A DNA stretch of 64,000 bases from Candidatus Aenigmatarchaeota archaeon (GCA_963726265.1 CAVSBQ010000002.1:736001-800000), one strand, 5' to 3'; positions 49,225 through 59,816 are shown, counted from the first letter of the stretch. Notes: generated from the letters alone by a model not told the origin. Program-made: numbers and translations.

Positions 49225-51171
49225 GTGTCTTGCATGGCTAAAAAAACGAAGGGTGAATTCGAAAAAATGGGCGATCTGGGCAAGGGTGTCGACGAATCCG
49301 AGGGCGACGCCGAAAAAAACATAGAAGAGATAGAAAATTTCGACGCAACCAAGCCGCAGGGAAAGGCTTCCGAAGAGGCCGGCGAGGAAACCGGAGGGAA
49401 GAAAAAGAAGAAGCGGGCGACCGAGGACGTCGATGCTCTAAGGGAAGAGCTTGAGCAGGAGAAGGAAAAATCAAAGGGCCTCGCTGCGATAATAGAGAAA
49501 GTCTCAGCCGCTTCAGGCGACGAAGAGCCGGAGGAAGAAAGAAGCTCCAGTAATAATAGTGATAATTCTGCCGAAGTCGATTCAAAAATAAGGTCAATCG
49601 AAGGCAAGATAAACGACCAGGTCCAGACGCAGATTAAGGACGTGCGCACTGCCATAACCGCGATGGCCTCGAAGATAGACGAGGTTTCCAAGGCGGAAAA
49701 ATCCGAGAAGGCGGGCAGCAAGGTCAAGGACATGGTGGACAAGCTCGAGGCGGACACGTCCAAGAGGATATCCGACCTTCAGGAAGAGATAAGGAAGATG
49801 GTCGAGCGGATAGAGCAGCCGAGGAAGGAGGAAGAGGTGTCCAAAGGACTGGCGGTCTTCGGCGGGCGCGTCGACCTGAAGAACGACATACTCGAGATAA
49901 AAAGCTCCATAAAGGAACTCGAAAAAAGCATCCGCGAGGTGAAGGAAGAAGCCGACACAAGGATAACGAGGGTGAGGGAGCAGATAAAAGTCCTTGAGCG
50001 CATGCCCATGCTGGAGGAAAAAATCGAGGGCCTCACGGAGCGCATGAGCCCCGCCAACATCGAGAAGCTGAAAAAATTCGTATTTTCCGCCGACGAGATA
50101 ACGGGCGAGATCATACCCAACGAGGTCGAGAAGAAGCTTTCCAAGGACCTGACGCCCGTGTTCAACGACATGCGCGGCATCAGGAGCGACATAGAGAAGC
50201 TCAGCGAGAACATAAAGACGCTCTTCAACGAGACAAACTACTTCAAGGGAGAGATAAAGACGCTCTACAAGATGGGCGATTATATTTCCGAGCTGCAGGC
50301 CGAGAAGGAGAAGACGCACAGCAAGATAAACGAGAAGGAAGCGAATCTAATCTCGATGATGAACAAGCTCGAGGCGGTCTTGCAGAAGAAGGCGGACCTC
50401 ATGAACGAGCGGCTTGAGAAATTCGACAGGATGTTCACGGGCAAGCTTGAGGACAAGGCCAAGGAGTTCTTCGACGAGTTGACAGAATCGAAGTTCCTCG
50501 AGCTCGAGGACAGGACGGAGAAGAACCTCGCGGTCTCGCGGGCGAAGGTCAACGACATGTTTTCGAAGTTCGTCCAGTTCCAGAACGTCGTCAACCCGAC
50601 GCTTTCCCTGATAAAGGAGGAGATAGAAAAGACGAACACCCGCCTGGATAAGCTGAAGGTGAAGCACGACGAGTTCGAGAAGGACATAGAGGAGAACGCG
50701 AAGGACATGTTCAACGACATAGTGGGGCCCCAGATAAAGGCCATAAGCAACGAAACTGCGAAGTTCACCAAGGACGTCAGCGGCCGCCTCGAGGACTTCG
50801 AGGCGGAGTTCGTCCAGTTCCAGAACGTCGTCAACCCTACCCTCACCCTCTTCAAGAACGACATCTCGAAGCTCGACACGAAAATCGAGAAGCAGAAGAC
50901 GCGCCAGGACTCGTTCAAGGAGGACGTCAAGGAAATCGCTGACGTCAGGAAGGAAATCGAGGGCATGAGGGAATGGGTGAAGTATTTCGAGGCGAAGCAG
51001 AAGGAGAACGAGAAGCACATGCTCGTCCTCGGCAGCAAGCTTGACGAGACCGTCGCCGAATTCAACGCCATCGTCAAGGAAACCATTGCGGAGAAGAAGA
51101 AGTTCGAGGACGAAAACCGCAAGCAGAGGGAAAAGATAAATATACTTCTTAAAGAGCTGAAAAGCGGATGA
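49225..51171 (+). CDS. Long coiled-coil protein (likely start ATG 49234)
   Basis: 648 aa, E/K-rich. Internal 80-aa repeat (FVQFQNVVNPTL at 50569 and 50809). The stop overlaps the next start (ATGA). Confidence 0.85.
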   Translation: MSCMAKKTKGEFEKMGDLGKGVDESEGDAEKNIEEIENFDATKPQGKASEEAGEETGGKKKKKRATEDVDALREELEQEKEKSKGLAAIIEKVSAASGDEEPEEERSSSNNSDNSAEVDSKIRSIEGKINDQVQTQIKDVRTAITAMASKIDEVSKAEKSEKAGSKVKDMVDKLEADTSKRISDLQEEIRKMVERIEQPRKEEEVSKGLAVFGGRVDLKNDILEIKSSIKELEKSIREVKEEADTRITRVREQIKVLERMPMLEEKIEGLTERMSPANIEKLKKFVFSADEITGEIIPNEVEKKLSKDLTPVFNDMRGIRSDIEKLSENIKTLFNETNYFKGEIKTLYKMGDYISELQAEKEKTHSKINEKEANLISMMNKLEAVLQKKADLMNERLEKFDRMFTGKLEDKAKEFFDELTESKFLELEDRTEKNLAVSRAKVNDMFSKFVQFQNVVNPTLSLIKEEIEKTNTRLDKLKVKHDEFEKDIEENAKDMFNDIVGPQIKAISNETAKFTKDVSGRLEDFEAEFVQFQNVVNPTLTLFKNDISKLDTKIEKQKTRQDSFKEDVKEIADVRKEIEGMREWVKYFEAKQKENEKHMLVLGSKLDETVAEFNAIVKETIAEKKKFEDENRKQREKINILLKELKSG

Positions 51172-54100
51172 GCGAACTGACAGAACTCGAGGAAGCGATG
51201 AGGAGCCTCAAGAAGGACAATCTTGAGAAGAAGAGGCTGGTCGCGGAACTCGAGGACGAGAAGAAATACATCGAGGAGCGGAACCGCTACCTCATCGAAA
51301 AGCTCAAGCAGGCCGGCGTGCTTTACGAGGAGTCGGGAAAGCGGCTCATGGATTTCGTTAACGAGAACGTTAAGCCGCTCAAGGCTAAGCTTTCCGAGTT
51401 CGAAGCTATGGCGCAGAAAACCAAGGAATACGAAAAATCCATAGCCGTCGCGCTGAAGCGAATCACTGAATTCGAAGCCATTATCGGCGACTTCAAGAAC
51501 GAGGTCATCAAGGGCGATGAGAAGGAGGCCGGCCTTTCCGGAGAGCTAGGCGAGATGAAGAAGGCGCTTGCCGAGATGGCGAAAAGGATAGCCAGAGTGC
51601 AGACCTTCGGCTCCGAGGAGCTTGGCGAGAAGGTCGAGGAGATTAAAGCGAAGTTCGGCGAGGACACGAGGAAGATAGAGGACGAGTTCAGCGTGCTCAA
51701 GCTGGGCGTGGGCAGCGCGATAGACAACTTCAAGAAGGAGTTCGAACGCCAGGCGAACGCCCTCCGCAACGAGATGGAGAAGGTCGACATAAAGAAGGCC
51801 AAAGAGCTGGGCGACGCGCTCGCGCAAGTGGCAGAGGAGCTGAACAAAACCAAGACCGATTTCTCGAAATCGATGGTTATGCTTGAAAAGTCAGTCGAGA
51901 AGCTCGACATGAAGAAGACGAAGGAAATGGACACGACTCTCACGACCCTTTCATCCAGCCTCGACGAACGCTTCGGCAACCTGGCGGCGGACGTCGAGAA
52001 GCGCGTCGAGCAGGCGGAGAGCGAGCTCAAGGGGTTCAGGGTCGACCTCGAAAAGACGCTGGGGAAAACCAAGCTCGAGGCGCGGGACTTCATGGACGTG
52101 AAGGCGAAGGAGTTCGACTCGCTTCTGCAGGAACTCAAGGCGAAAATGAACGAGCAGCTCAAGGTTTCTTCCGAGCAGTGGAGCAAGAACCTCGGCACCC
52201 TCAGGACGGATCTCATAGTCACCAAGAAGGAAGTTGAAAAGCTCATAGCCACGATAAACAGGAAAGTCGAGCTGGGCGAGGAGAGAAGGGAGAAGAAGCT
52301 CGAAGCCGGCTTCGCGCACATGAACGCCTCTGTCGCCAAAAGGCTCGACGACGAGACGGAGCAGATTTACGGCCAGCTGGGCGACATAACCGGCAGCATC
52401 GAGGACCTGAAGGCGAACCTCGACAAGAAGGTCATGGACACGGAAAAGGAGATGGCGAGGTTCAAGGTGGAACTCGAGAAAACGCTGGGAAAAGCGAAGG
52501 TCGATACGCGCGACTTCGTCGCGTCCAAGGCGAAGGAGTTCGATGCCGTCCTGGCGGGGATGAAGGCCAAGGTCGACGATCAGGTGGCGGCCTCGGCATC
52601 TGTCTGGGACAAGAACCTCGGCGCGCTGAGGTCGGATCTGGTGAGCACGCAAGAGGAAGTCGAGAAGCTCATCGGCTCGATAAACAGGAAAGTCGAGCTC
52701 GGCGAGGAGCGGAGGGAGAAGAAGCTCGACGCCGCAACCTTAGCGATACAGACCTCACTTTCCAAAAAAATCGACGCGGCCGCCGACGAAATTTACGCCA
52801 AGGTCGACGACATAGACGGGAACGTCGATGCCTTTAAGGAAGGCACGACCAAAACGATAGACTCTCTGAGGAAGGCAATCGATCTCGGAGAGGTGAAGAG
52901 AAAAGAGGACATAGACAAGATAATAAAGAACTTCATGGTTGTCAAGGGCGAGGTGGACGAGAAGATACGCGAGGTTTCAGCCGGGCTTGATAAATTTTCA
53001 AAGACTTCCGAGGTTCTCCGCCGCCAGATAACTAAGGAAAGCCTAGCCGGCGTGCAGGAAAGGGTCAAGGCGATAATCGCCGAGCTCGAGAAGAAGTTCG
53101 AGGTAGTCGAGGACGGGATCATTGACAAGATAGCGACCCTCGAAAGCGACGTGGACGAGCTTAATGCCGGCTTCCAGGGCATCGCCAACTCCGTCAAGAC
53201 GGAAACTGAAAGGAAGCTGGATTTTCTCAGGAAGGAGTTCGAGAAGCGCGACATAGCGAGGGATAAAGGCGTCGACTCGTTCGCCAAGACGCTCCAGAAG
53301 ACGGTCGACGCGAAATTCGACTCGCTCATCACGAAAATGGACGCGAGGCTCAAGGAGACGGAGGACGAAACGAATTCCGTCAGGAAAGACGTCGACAGCT
53401 TCACAGTCGACCTCAGCGAGAAGTTCGACTCCATCATAAGCAGCAAATCGAAAAATTTCGAGAAGATGATGGAAGCGCTTGTCACCCAGACGAAAGCCAT
53501 ACAGAAGGACGTCAACCTTACCATAAACGATTTCAAGAAAGAAGTCGAAAGAAGCGATATCCACAAGAAGGCCGAGATAGAGAGGTTCCTCAAGGAATTC
53601 GTCGTCGAGAGGGGCAGGATAGAGGAGAAGATAAAGCAGGTCGATGCGAAGCTTTCCGAGTTCTCGGCGATGAGAAAAGAGTTGAAGAAGGAGATATACA
53701 ACGAGAGCCTTGCCGGCGTAAACCAGCGGGTAAAGGACATAATAGAAGGCATAGAGGAGAGGTTCGGGAACTCGCGCAATGAAATGGAAAACAGGGTCTC
53801 GGAGCTGATGAAGAGCGTCGACATGAGGGTCAGGGAGACCGAGGCCAGCCTTAACGGCATAAAGGCCGAAATGGGCAGGACGACCGGAAAGCTGCGCGAC
53901 GACGTGGACAAGATTACGGGCAAGAAGGCCGGCGAGGTCGACAGGGTCGCGGCAAAGCTGAGGACTGACGTGGACGTAAGGGTAAAGGCAACGACGTCCG
54001 AGCTTTACGAAAGCATGGACGCGGTAAAGAATGACATAGTCATGCTGAAAGGCGGCCTGGAGAAACAGGTCGCATCACTCAGGAAGGAGATAGAGCTGGG

Positions 54101-54993
54101 CGAGGCCAAGAGGAGCGACAAGGTCGAGAAAACGAAAGCCGCCGCTGACAGGGAGGTAAAGGTCAGGCTCGACGAATTCTCTGCCAGAACCGAGGCCAGG
54201 ATAAGGGCCTCCGAAGCCGAGCTCAAAGCCCTCAGGGCAGAGCTGGCCGGCGTTGTGGAAAAGCTGAGGGACAGGTTCGATGAAATAATAGAGGAGAAGT
54301 CAGAGACGTTCGAGACGACCATGGATGGCGTGGTCCAGAAATCCGAGAAGGCGAAAAAGGACGCGGAAGCGCTGGTGGAAAACCTGAAGGCGAAATTCCA
54401 GGTCAGGAGAGAAGGAAAGATGGAGGGAGATAGACAAGTCACTCAAAGAGCTCATGTTTGCCAAGGGAGAGATGGAGAGAAGGCTCAAGGAAATCGACGC
54501 TGAAATGCTCAAATTCTCAGAAACCAGGGCGTCTCTCAAGGCCGATGTCATGAAAGACACCTCGTCCCTGATGGACAACAGGCTCTCCTCGTTCTCCGAT
54601 TACAAAAAGACCGAGATAACCGATGCGAAGAAGGCGCTCAAGGGAGATATGCTTGAAATGCGCGATACCGTGACGAAGCTCCTGGACAAGCTGGAAAGGC
54701 TTAACGAGAAAACGAACGCGACAAGGGAAGATCTGGTCACAGTCAAGAGAGCAAGGGTGCTGGTCATAGAGAACGTGAAATCCATAAGCAAGACCGTCGA
54801 AGAGAATGTCGACGTCCGCCTCAGGGATTTCATGAAGGACATGGAGAAGCGCATGCGCACGCAGGAGGCGGCGCTCAACTCGAAGATGGAGACGGTGGAA
54901 AAGAAAGTGGCTTCTGTTTCTGAAAGCGTTTCAAAAGCCAACAAGGAGAAGGAAGAGCAGCTTGAAGAACTTCTCAGGCATGTGGAATCATGA
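51168..54993 (+). CDS. Very long (~1,270 aa) repetitive coiled-coil protein; ORFs 51168..54503 and 54454..54993 joined by a frameshift near 54400
   Basis: The alternate frame reads ERWREIDKSLKELMFAKGEMERRLKEID, matching internal repeats KEDIDKIIKNFMVVKGEVDEKI and KAEIERFLKEFVVERGRIEEKI. ATGA overlaps at both ends. Confidence 0.8.
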
Positions 54994-56183
54994 ACGGCAA
55001 GGTAGACAAGATAAAGGCAAGGATAAACGAGATAAAACGCGAGAAGGAAGAGCTTAGGCAGAAGCATGATTACATAATCGAGCAGGTGAAGAAGGCGTCT
55101 GATGCGAACGCGAAGGATGTGCAGTTCCTTAAAAACGAAGTCACGGGCATCCAGAACAGGCTGGAAAGGAAGGACGAGAGCATGACTGGCATGCGCTCGT
55201 TCATGAACTCGCTCGATAAAAAGCTTTCCGTCCTCGAGAGCAGGCACGCCGCCATGAAAGAGCGGATGGAAGAGGAGATGAAAATCGCCGAAAGGGAGTT
55301 GGGTTCCGAGCTCAACGAAAAGGCCAAGGCGATAAACTTGAACATGTCCGCCCAGCTCAGGGAATCGCTTTCGAAGTCTCTCAGGGATGTCCAGGCCGTC
55401 AAGGACGCGCTAAAGAAGGCCGAAGAAAGGAACGGCGAACACGACACGGACATCTCCAGGCTGATAGCGGAAAGGAACAACATAAGCAAGGCGCTCTCCG
55501 AACTTGAGGGCAGGAACGATGCCATAAAAAATACCATCAGTGAGAAAATAAGCGCCATAGAAAAGGCGATGATGACGGAAATAGCCAATGCCAAGGCGCT
55601 TGAAGCCCGCCTGGACAAGGACGTGAAGGATTTCGAGAAGTTCGCGAGCGGCCAGAAATCGAGGATGGCGGAATTCGAGGCGAGCGTGCTCGGCAAGATA
55701 GACATGTTCGCCCTGAACAGGGAAAACCTCAAAAGAGATTTCGCCTCGCTGTCGACGGACTTCAAGAACCTGCTGGCTCACATAGATTCCATAAAGGAAA
55801 AATACGCCTTTGTCGAGAACCGTCTAAAAAATGCGGAGCTGGGCCTCGAGAATTTCAAGAAGAGCAGCGACGAGCTTTTTGCGGAGCTGCGCTCGGAGCA
55901 GAAGGGCTTCAGGGAGGATATTGTAGCGAAGCTCAACGAGGCGAACGAAAAAATCGTCGGCCGCCTGGCTCAGGACGAAAGCAAGAGCGCGTCCGAAATC
56001 GCGAAGCAGGCCGATGAAATAAAGGTCTTCCGGGCGCACATGACCCAGTTCATAAACGATTTCGTGAACAACTACGAGAAGCGCTTCGAGAAGATGAAGA
56101 GCGACATGGACCAGGCCCTCGGGACAATGGAGCAGCACGCGAAGGAGCAGGCACGCCAGCCCAGAGCGGTGATATTCGAATAA
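54990..56183 (+). CDS. Coiled-coil protein (397 aa)
   Basis: Continuous heptad-like E/K/L pattern and no TM. ATGA overlap with the upstream gene. Confidence 0.85.
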   Translation: MNGKVDKIKARINEIKREKEELRQKHDYIIEQVKKASDANAKDVQFLKNEVTGIQNRLERKDESMTGMRSFMNSLDKKLSVLESRHAAMKERMEEEMKIAERELGSELNEKAKAINLNMSAQLRESLSKSLRDVQAVKDALKKAEERNGEHDTDISRLIAERNNISKALSELEGRNDAIKNTISEKISAIEKAMMTEIANAKALEARLDKDVKDFEKFASGQKSRMAEFEASVLGKIDMFALNRENLKRDFASLSTDFKNLLAHIDSIKEKYAFVENRLKNAELGLENFKKSSDELFAELRSEQKGFREDIVAKLNEANEKIVGRLAQDESKSASEIAKQADEIKVFRAHMTQFINDFVNNYEKRFEKMKSDMDQALGTMEQHAKEQARQPRAVIFE

Positions 56184-56211
56184 AATCAGTTTAGGCCTGA
56201 CTTTTTTATGC

Positions 56212-56478
56212 TTATTCAACGCCCTTGTTTTTGAAAAGGTATACCGCGCCTATCGCGACTATGACTATGAATATCGCGGCGAGCACGACGTCGAATGACT
56301 GCGAGAAAAGGCCGATGCTCGCGGTCGCCTTGTTTATGCTCTCAACGGCCCTGCCTTCAAGGCCTCTCTGGAACTGGCCGAAGGCGAGGAGGCTGACCGA
56401 GACCGCAAAGACTATGACAATCCCGTAGATGAACATGAGATAACTTGCCTTGGCTCGCTTCGTTTCTTTCACTCCCAT
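56212..56478 (-). CDS. Small two-TM membrane protein
   Basis: Two hydrophobic stretches, YLMFIYGIVIVFAVSVSLLAF and VVLAAIFIVIVAIGAVYLF. Confidence 0.75.
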   Translation of the reverse strand: MGVKETKRAKASYLMFIYGIVIVFAVSVSLLAFGQFQRGLEGRAVESINKATASIGLFSQSFDVVLAAIFIVIVAIGAVYLFKNKGVE

Positions 56479-56522
56479 GATAATTAATTCTCCTGCAAAT
56501 TTTAAATAGAATACGCACCTTT

Positions 56523-57449
56523 CTATTCCAGTATCTCCGCCTTGTCTATGATGCCGTCGCCGTCCATGTCATACCCTCTCACGACGCGCGAGATTTTGGA
56601 ATGGTCGAAGCGGTTGCCTTTAAGGATTCTTTCTGGGTCGCTCATGAAGGCGAGTATTGCCGCCCTCGTCCCCGGGAAGCGCTTGCCTGCGAATACGAGT
56701 ATCTTTTTCGTCCGGTTCCACGGATTCTCGACAAGATTTATCGAGCCGAACTGGTCGTCCCTGTAGACGTTGTTCGAAATGCGCGATATGATGTCCCTTT
56801 TGTTAAGGTCGAAATTCACGGGCAGCATTTTGTTGAGCCGCCTGGTTATCATGTTGACCACGGGCCCGCCGACGAGTATGAGATTCCCTTTCATGTCCTT
56901 TTCCCGCATCTCGATGTCGAGCTTGTAGTTGGGCGTTACGCGTTCACTCGCTAAAGAACCGAGGAACAACGCCAAGTCTATCGCCGTCGGCGAATCCAAC
57001 GCGCGTTCTTTCCATGGCCCGTGCGGGTCAGGCGAGCCGATGACGATGGTGAAGTCGATTTTGCCGTGGCGTATGAAGGGCTCCAGCGATTTTTTATGAG
57101 CAGGCGCGGCCGCTTCCAGTTTCTCCCATTTCGCCTCGCCGAGCTTGAACGCAAATGCCTTCTCCTTCGCCTGATAGAATTTCGCCAGCGTCCCCTTCCT
57201 TTTCTCGCTTCTTACCTCCTCCACGAGGCCGTGCTCCTTGAACTTGTTTATGTAATAGTAAACCTTCTGCTCGTGCTCCCCCATCTTCCTTGCTATGTCT
57301 ATCGGGCATCGCGGCGAGGCGAGCGCCTGAAAAATTTTGAAGCCGAGCGGGTTTGACAGCACTTTAAGCGCGTCTGGCCTCTCGAATAGCCTCGCGGGCA
57401 TTATTTCATTGGCTTTCCCAGTTCGCATGATGTAGTGTCTTTCACCCAT
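56523..57449 (-). CDS. ArsR-like HTH regulator fused to an S-layer-C-terminal-like alpha/beta domain
   Basis: HTH LKVLSNPLGFKIFQALASPRCPIDIARKMGEHEQKVYYYINKFKEHGLVE. C-terminal NLILVGGPVVNMIT...ILVFAGKRFPGTRAA. Confidence 0.75.
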   Translation of the reverse strand: MGERHYIMRTGKANEIMPARLFERPDALKVLSNPLGFKIFQALASPRCPIDIARKMGEHEQKVYYYINKFKEHGLVEEVRSEKRKGTLAKFYQAKEKAFAFKLGEAKWEKLEAAAPAHKKSLEPFIRHGKIDFTIVIGSPDPHGPWKERALDSPTAIDLALFLGSLASERVTPNYKLDIEMREKDMKGNLILVGGPVVNMITRRLNKMLPVNFDLNKRDIISRISNNVYRDDQFGSINLVENPWNRTKKILVFAGKRFPGTRAAILAFMSDPERILKGNRFDHSKISRVVRGYDMDGDGIIDKAEILE

Positions 57450-57589
57450 GGCATCACATATACTATGGTTTTTTTTGTAATATTTAAACTTTTGTTTTAA
57501 TAAAGCATTTAAATAACCCGGCGTGCAAGATGAATGTTATGAAAATTTCTTTAATAAAGCGTTTATATGGGCGGGGAGAATGAATTTTC
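57450..57589. promoter_or_regulatory. Divergent promoter region with a duplicated BRE/TATA-like 19-mer
   Basis: TTTAATAAAGCATTTAAAT 57496-57514 and TTTAATAAAGCGTTTATAT 57550-57568. The second TATA lies 22-28 nt before the glmS ATG. Confidence 0.65.
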
Positions 57590-59356
57590 ATGTGCGGCAT
57601 AATCGGCTACGTGGGAGCGAAGGAAGCGACCAAGATACTTTTTGATGCTCTGAGGCGCCTGGAATATCGCGGATACGACTCATACGGCTTCGCCACGCTG
57701 GACAAAGGAAAGCTGTGGATAAGGAAAAGCAAGGGCAAGATAAGCGAGGCCGGCTTCGAGAAACTGCCCGGATCGGTCGGAATCGCGCACACGAGATGGG
57801 CGACCCACGGAAAAGTTTCGAAAGCAAATGCCCACCCCCATGTCGACTGCGAGAAGCGCATCGCGATCATACACAACGGCATAATAGAGAATTTCGAGGC
57901 CCTGAAAAAGGACCTTGTGAAAAAAGGCCACATTTTCAAGTCCGATACGGACAGCGAAATAATATCGCACCTCATAGAGGACAACCTGGACCTCGGCTTT
58001 CCCGGGGCCGTGAGAAGGACCATGCGGCTCCTGAAAGGACGGTCATCCATTCTTGCCATCAAGGACGATTTCGACGGCATAGTGGCAGCGAGGAACGGCT
58101 CTCCGCTCATCCTGGGCGCGGGCAAGGGCGAGTATTTCATCGCTTCCGACGTTCCCGCTTTCCTGAACAGGACGAAAGACGTCATGTATCTGGACGACGG
58201 CGAGATGGTCCTGATGGAGCGCGGCAGGAAGCCGCAGTTCATCAGCATGGAGAGCGGCAGGACCGTAAAAAAGAGGATAATAAGAATAGACTGGGCCGCG
58301 AAGCAGGCGGAGAAAGGCGACTACGAGCATTTCATGATAAAGGAGATAATGGAGCAGAAGGAAACTATAATACGCGCCATAAACCAGAACGACGCCGAGA
58401 TAAAGAGGGTGGCGAAGGAGATAAACAGGGCGTATGGCGTGTTCCTCACGGGTTGCGGGACGGCGGGGAACGTATGCCACACGGGTGAATACATTTTTTC
58501 CAAGATTGCCGGGAAGCACGTCAATTTCATCGTGTCCTCGGAGTTCCCCAATTACAAGGATTTCCTCACTAGGAAAACGCTTCTCATAACGGTCTCGCAA
58601 AGCGGCGAGACCGCCGACGTCCTAGAGGCGGTGAAGGCGGCTAAGGAGAAGGGAGTGAGGGTCATATCCCTCGTGAACGTGCGCGGCTCTTCGCTGGACC
58701 GCATGTCCGACTTCACGTTCCACATACATGCAGGGCCCGAGAAGGCGGTGGCCTCGACCAAGGCGACGACCGCGCAGCTCGCCATACTTTACCTTCTCGC
58801 GTATGCGTGCGCTGGCAGGGTGGCCGAGGGCAAGATGCTCCTGCTTGACACCGCCTCGAAGATAAACGACATGCTCAACCCCAGGTATGAGGACAGGATA
58901 AAGAAACTTGCAAGAATGATGCACAGGAAGAGAGACATATACATCATAGCGCGCTCGCTAAACTATCCCATGGCAATGGAAGCCGCCATAAAGGTCATGG
59001 AAGTCAGCTACATCCACGCGCACGGCTTTGCCGGCGGCGAGCTCAAGCACGGCCCGATCGCGCTGATAAAAAAAGGGACGCCCTGCATAGTCCTGACCGG
59101 AGGCAGTTCAGACCACGCGGAGCACGACATAATAAACAACGCCATGGAAGTCAAGGCCAGGGGCGGCTTCATGATAGGCGTCGGGCCGAAAAAATACGAC
59201 GTCTTCGATTTCTGGATAAGGACGCCCGACGTCGGCTTGGCCTCGCCGATGGTCAACATCATCCCCATACAGCTTCTCGCATACCACCTGGGCAGGCACA
59301 GGGGCTGCGAAATTGATACCCCGCGCAACCTCGCCAAATCCGTAACGGTCAAGTAG
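57590..59356 (+). CDS. glmS: Glutamine--fructose-6-phosphate aminotransferase (isomerizing)
   Basis: MCGIIGY N-terminus, RLEYRGYDS, HTRWATHG, HNGIIENF, SQSGETAD, GELKHGP and PRNLAKSVTV. Confidence 0.98.
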   Translation: MCGIIGYVGAKEATKILFDALRRLEYRGYDSYGFATLDKGKLWIRKSKGKISEAGFEKLPGSVGIAHTRWATHGKVSKANAHPHVDCEKRIAIIHNGIIENFEALKKDLVKKGHIFKSDTDSEIISHLIEDNLDLGFPGAVRRTMRLLKGRSSILAIKDDFDGIVAARNGSPLILGAGKGEYFIASDVPAFLNRTKDVMYLDDGEMVLMERGRKPQFISMESGRTVKKRIIRIDWAAKQAEKGDYEHFMIKEIMEQKETIIRAINQNDAEIKRVAKEINRAYGVFLTGCGTAGNVCHTGEYIFSKIAGKHVNFIVSSEFPNYKDFLTRKTLLITVSQSGETADVLEAVKAAKEKGVRVISLVNVRGSSLDRMSDFTFHIHAGPEKAVASTKATTAQLAILYLLAYACAGRVAEGKMLLLDTASKINDMLNPRYEDRIKKLARMMHRKRDIYIIARSLNYPMAMEAAIKVMEVSYIHAHGFAGGELKHGPIALIKKGTPCIVLTGGSSDHAEHDIINNAMEVKARGGFMIGVGPKKYDVFDFWIRTPDVGLASPMVNIIPIQLLAYHLGRHRGCEIDTPRNLAKSVTVK

Positions 59357-59387
59357 GTTTAAAAGCCGCTGCGGACAAATTATTATT

Positions 59388-59816
59388 ATGGCAGCAGACG
59401 CAATCACCAATCTGGTTTCAAGCCTGGGTGTCGATTTCACCCATCCGATAACACTGGCCATAAACCTGATATTGTCCACCATAATCGGGGGCATCGTGCT
59501 GCTGATACTGGTGGAGATATTCGGCAAGAAATTCAAGGAAAGCGTCCATCCTGTAAATGCGTTCGTGGTGGTCCTGATAATAAACATCATCAACCTGCTC
59601 GGGGTCACGGCTTTTATAATGCCCTACATATCATCCGTTCCGCTCGTCGGCGTTATTCTCCCGGCCGTGATATGGGTAGTGCTCATAAAGCTGTTCTTCA
59701 AGGAAATGAAAATCACGCACGCTTTGCTGGTGGGCATAATAGGATACGCGCTCAGCATATACGTCATACCGTATCTTGTCGCACTGGCCAGCGGTTTCGT
59801 GCCTAGCTTCGGTTGA
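59388..59816 (+). CDS. Hypothetical integral membrane protein (about 4 TM)
   Basis: 142 aa, almost entirely hydrophobic helices. Confidence 0.8.
   Translation: MAADAITNLVSSLGVDFTHPITLAINLILSTIIGGIVLLILVEIFGKKFKESVHPVNAFVVVLIINIINLLGVTAFIMPYISSVPLVGVILPAVIWVVLIKLFFKEMKITHALLVGIIGYALSIYVIPYLVALASGFVPSFG

Noticed and set aside
49225..56183. SMC/Rad50 or methyl-accepting chemotaxis proteins
   Set aside because: No Walker A/B, signature motif, zinc hook, MCP hairpin-tip motif or TM segments.
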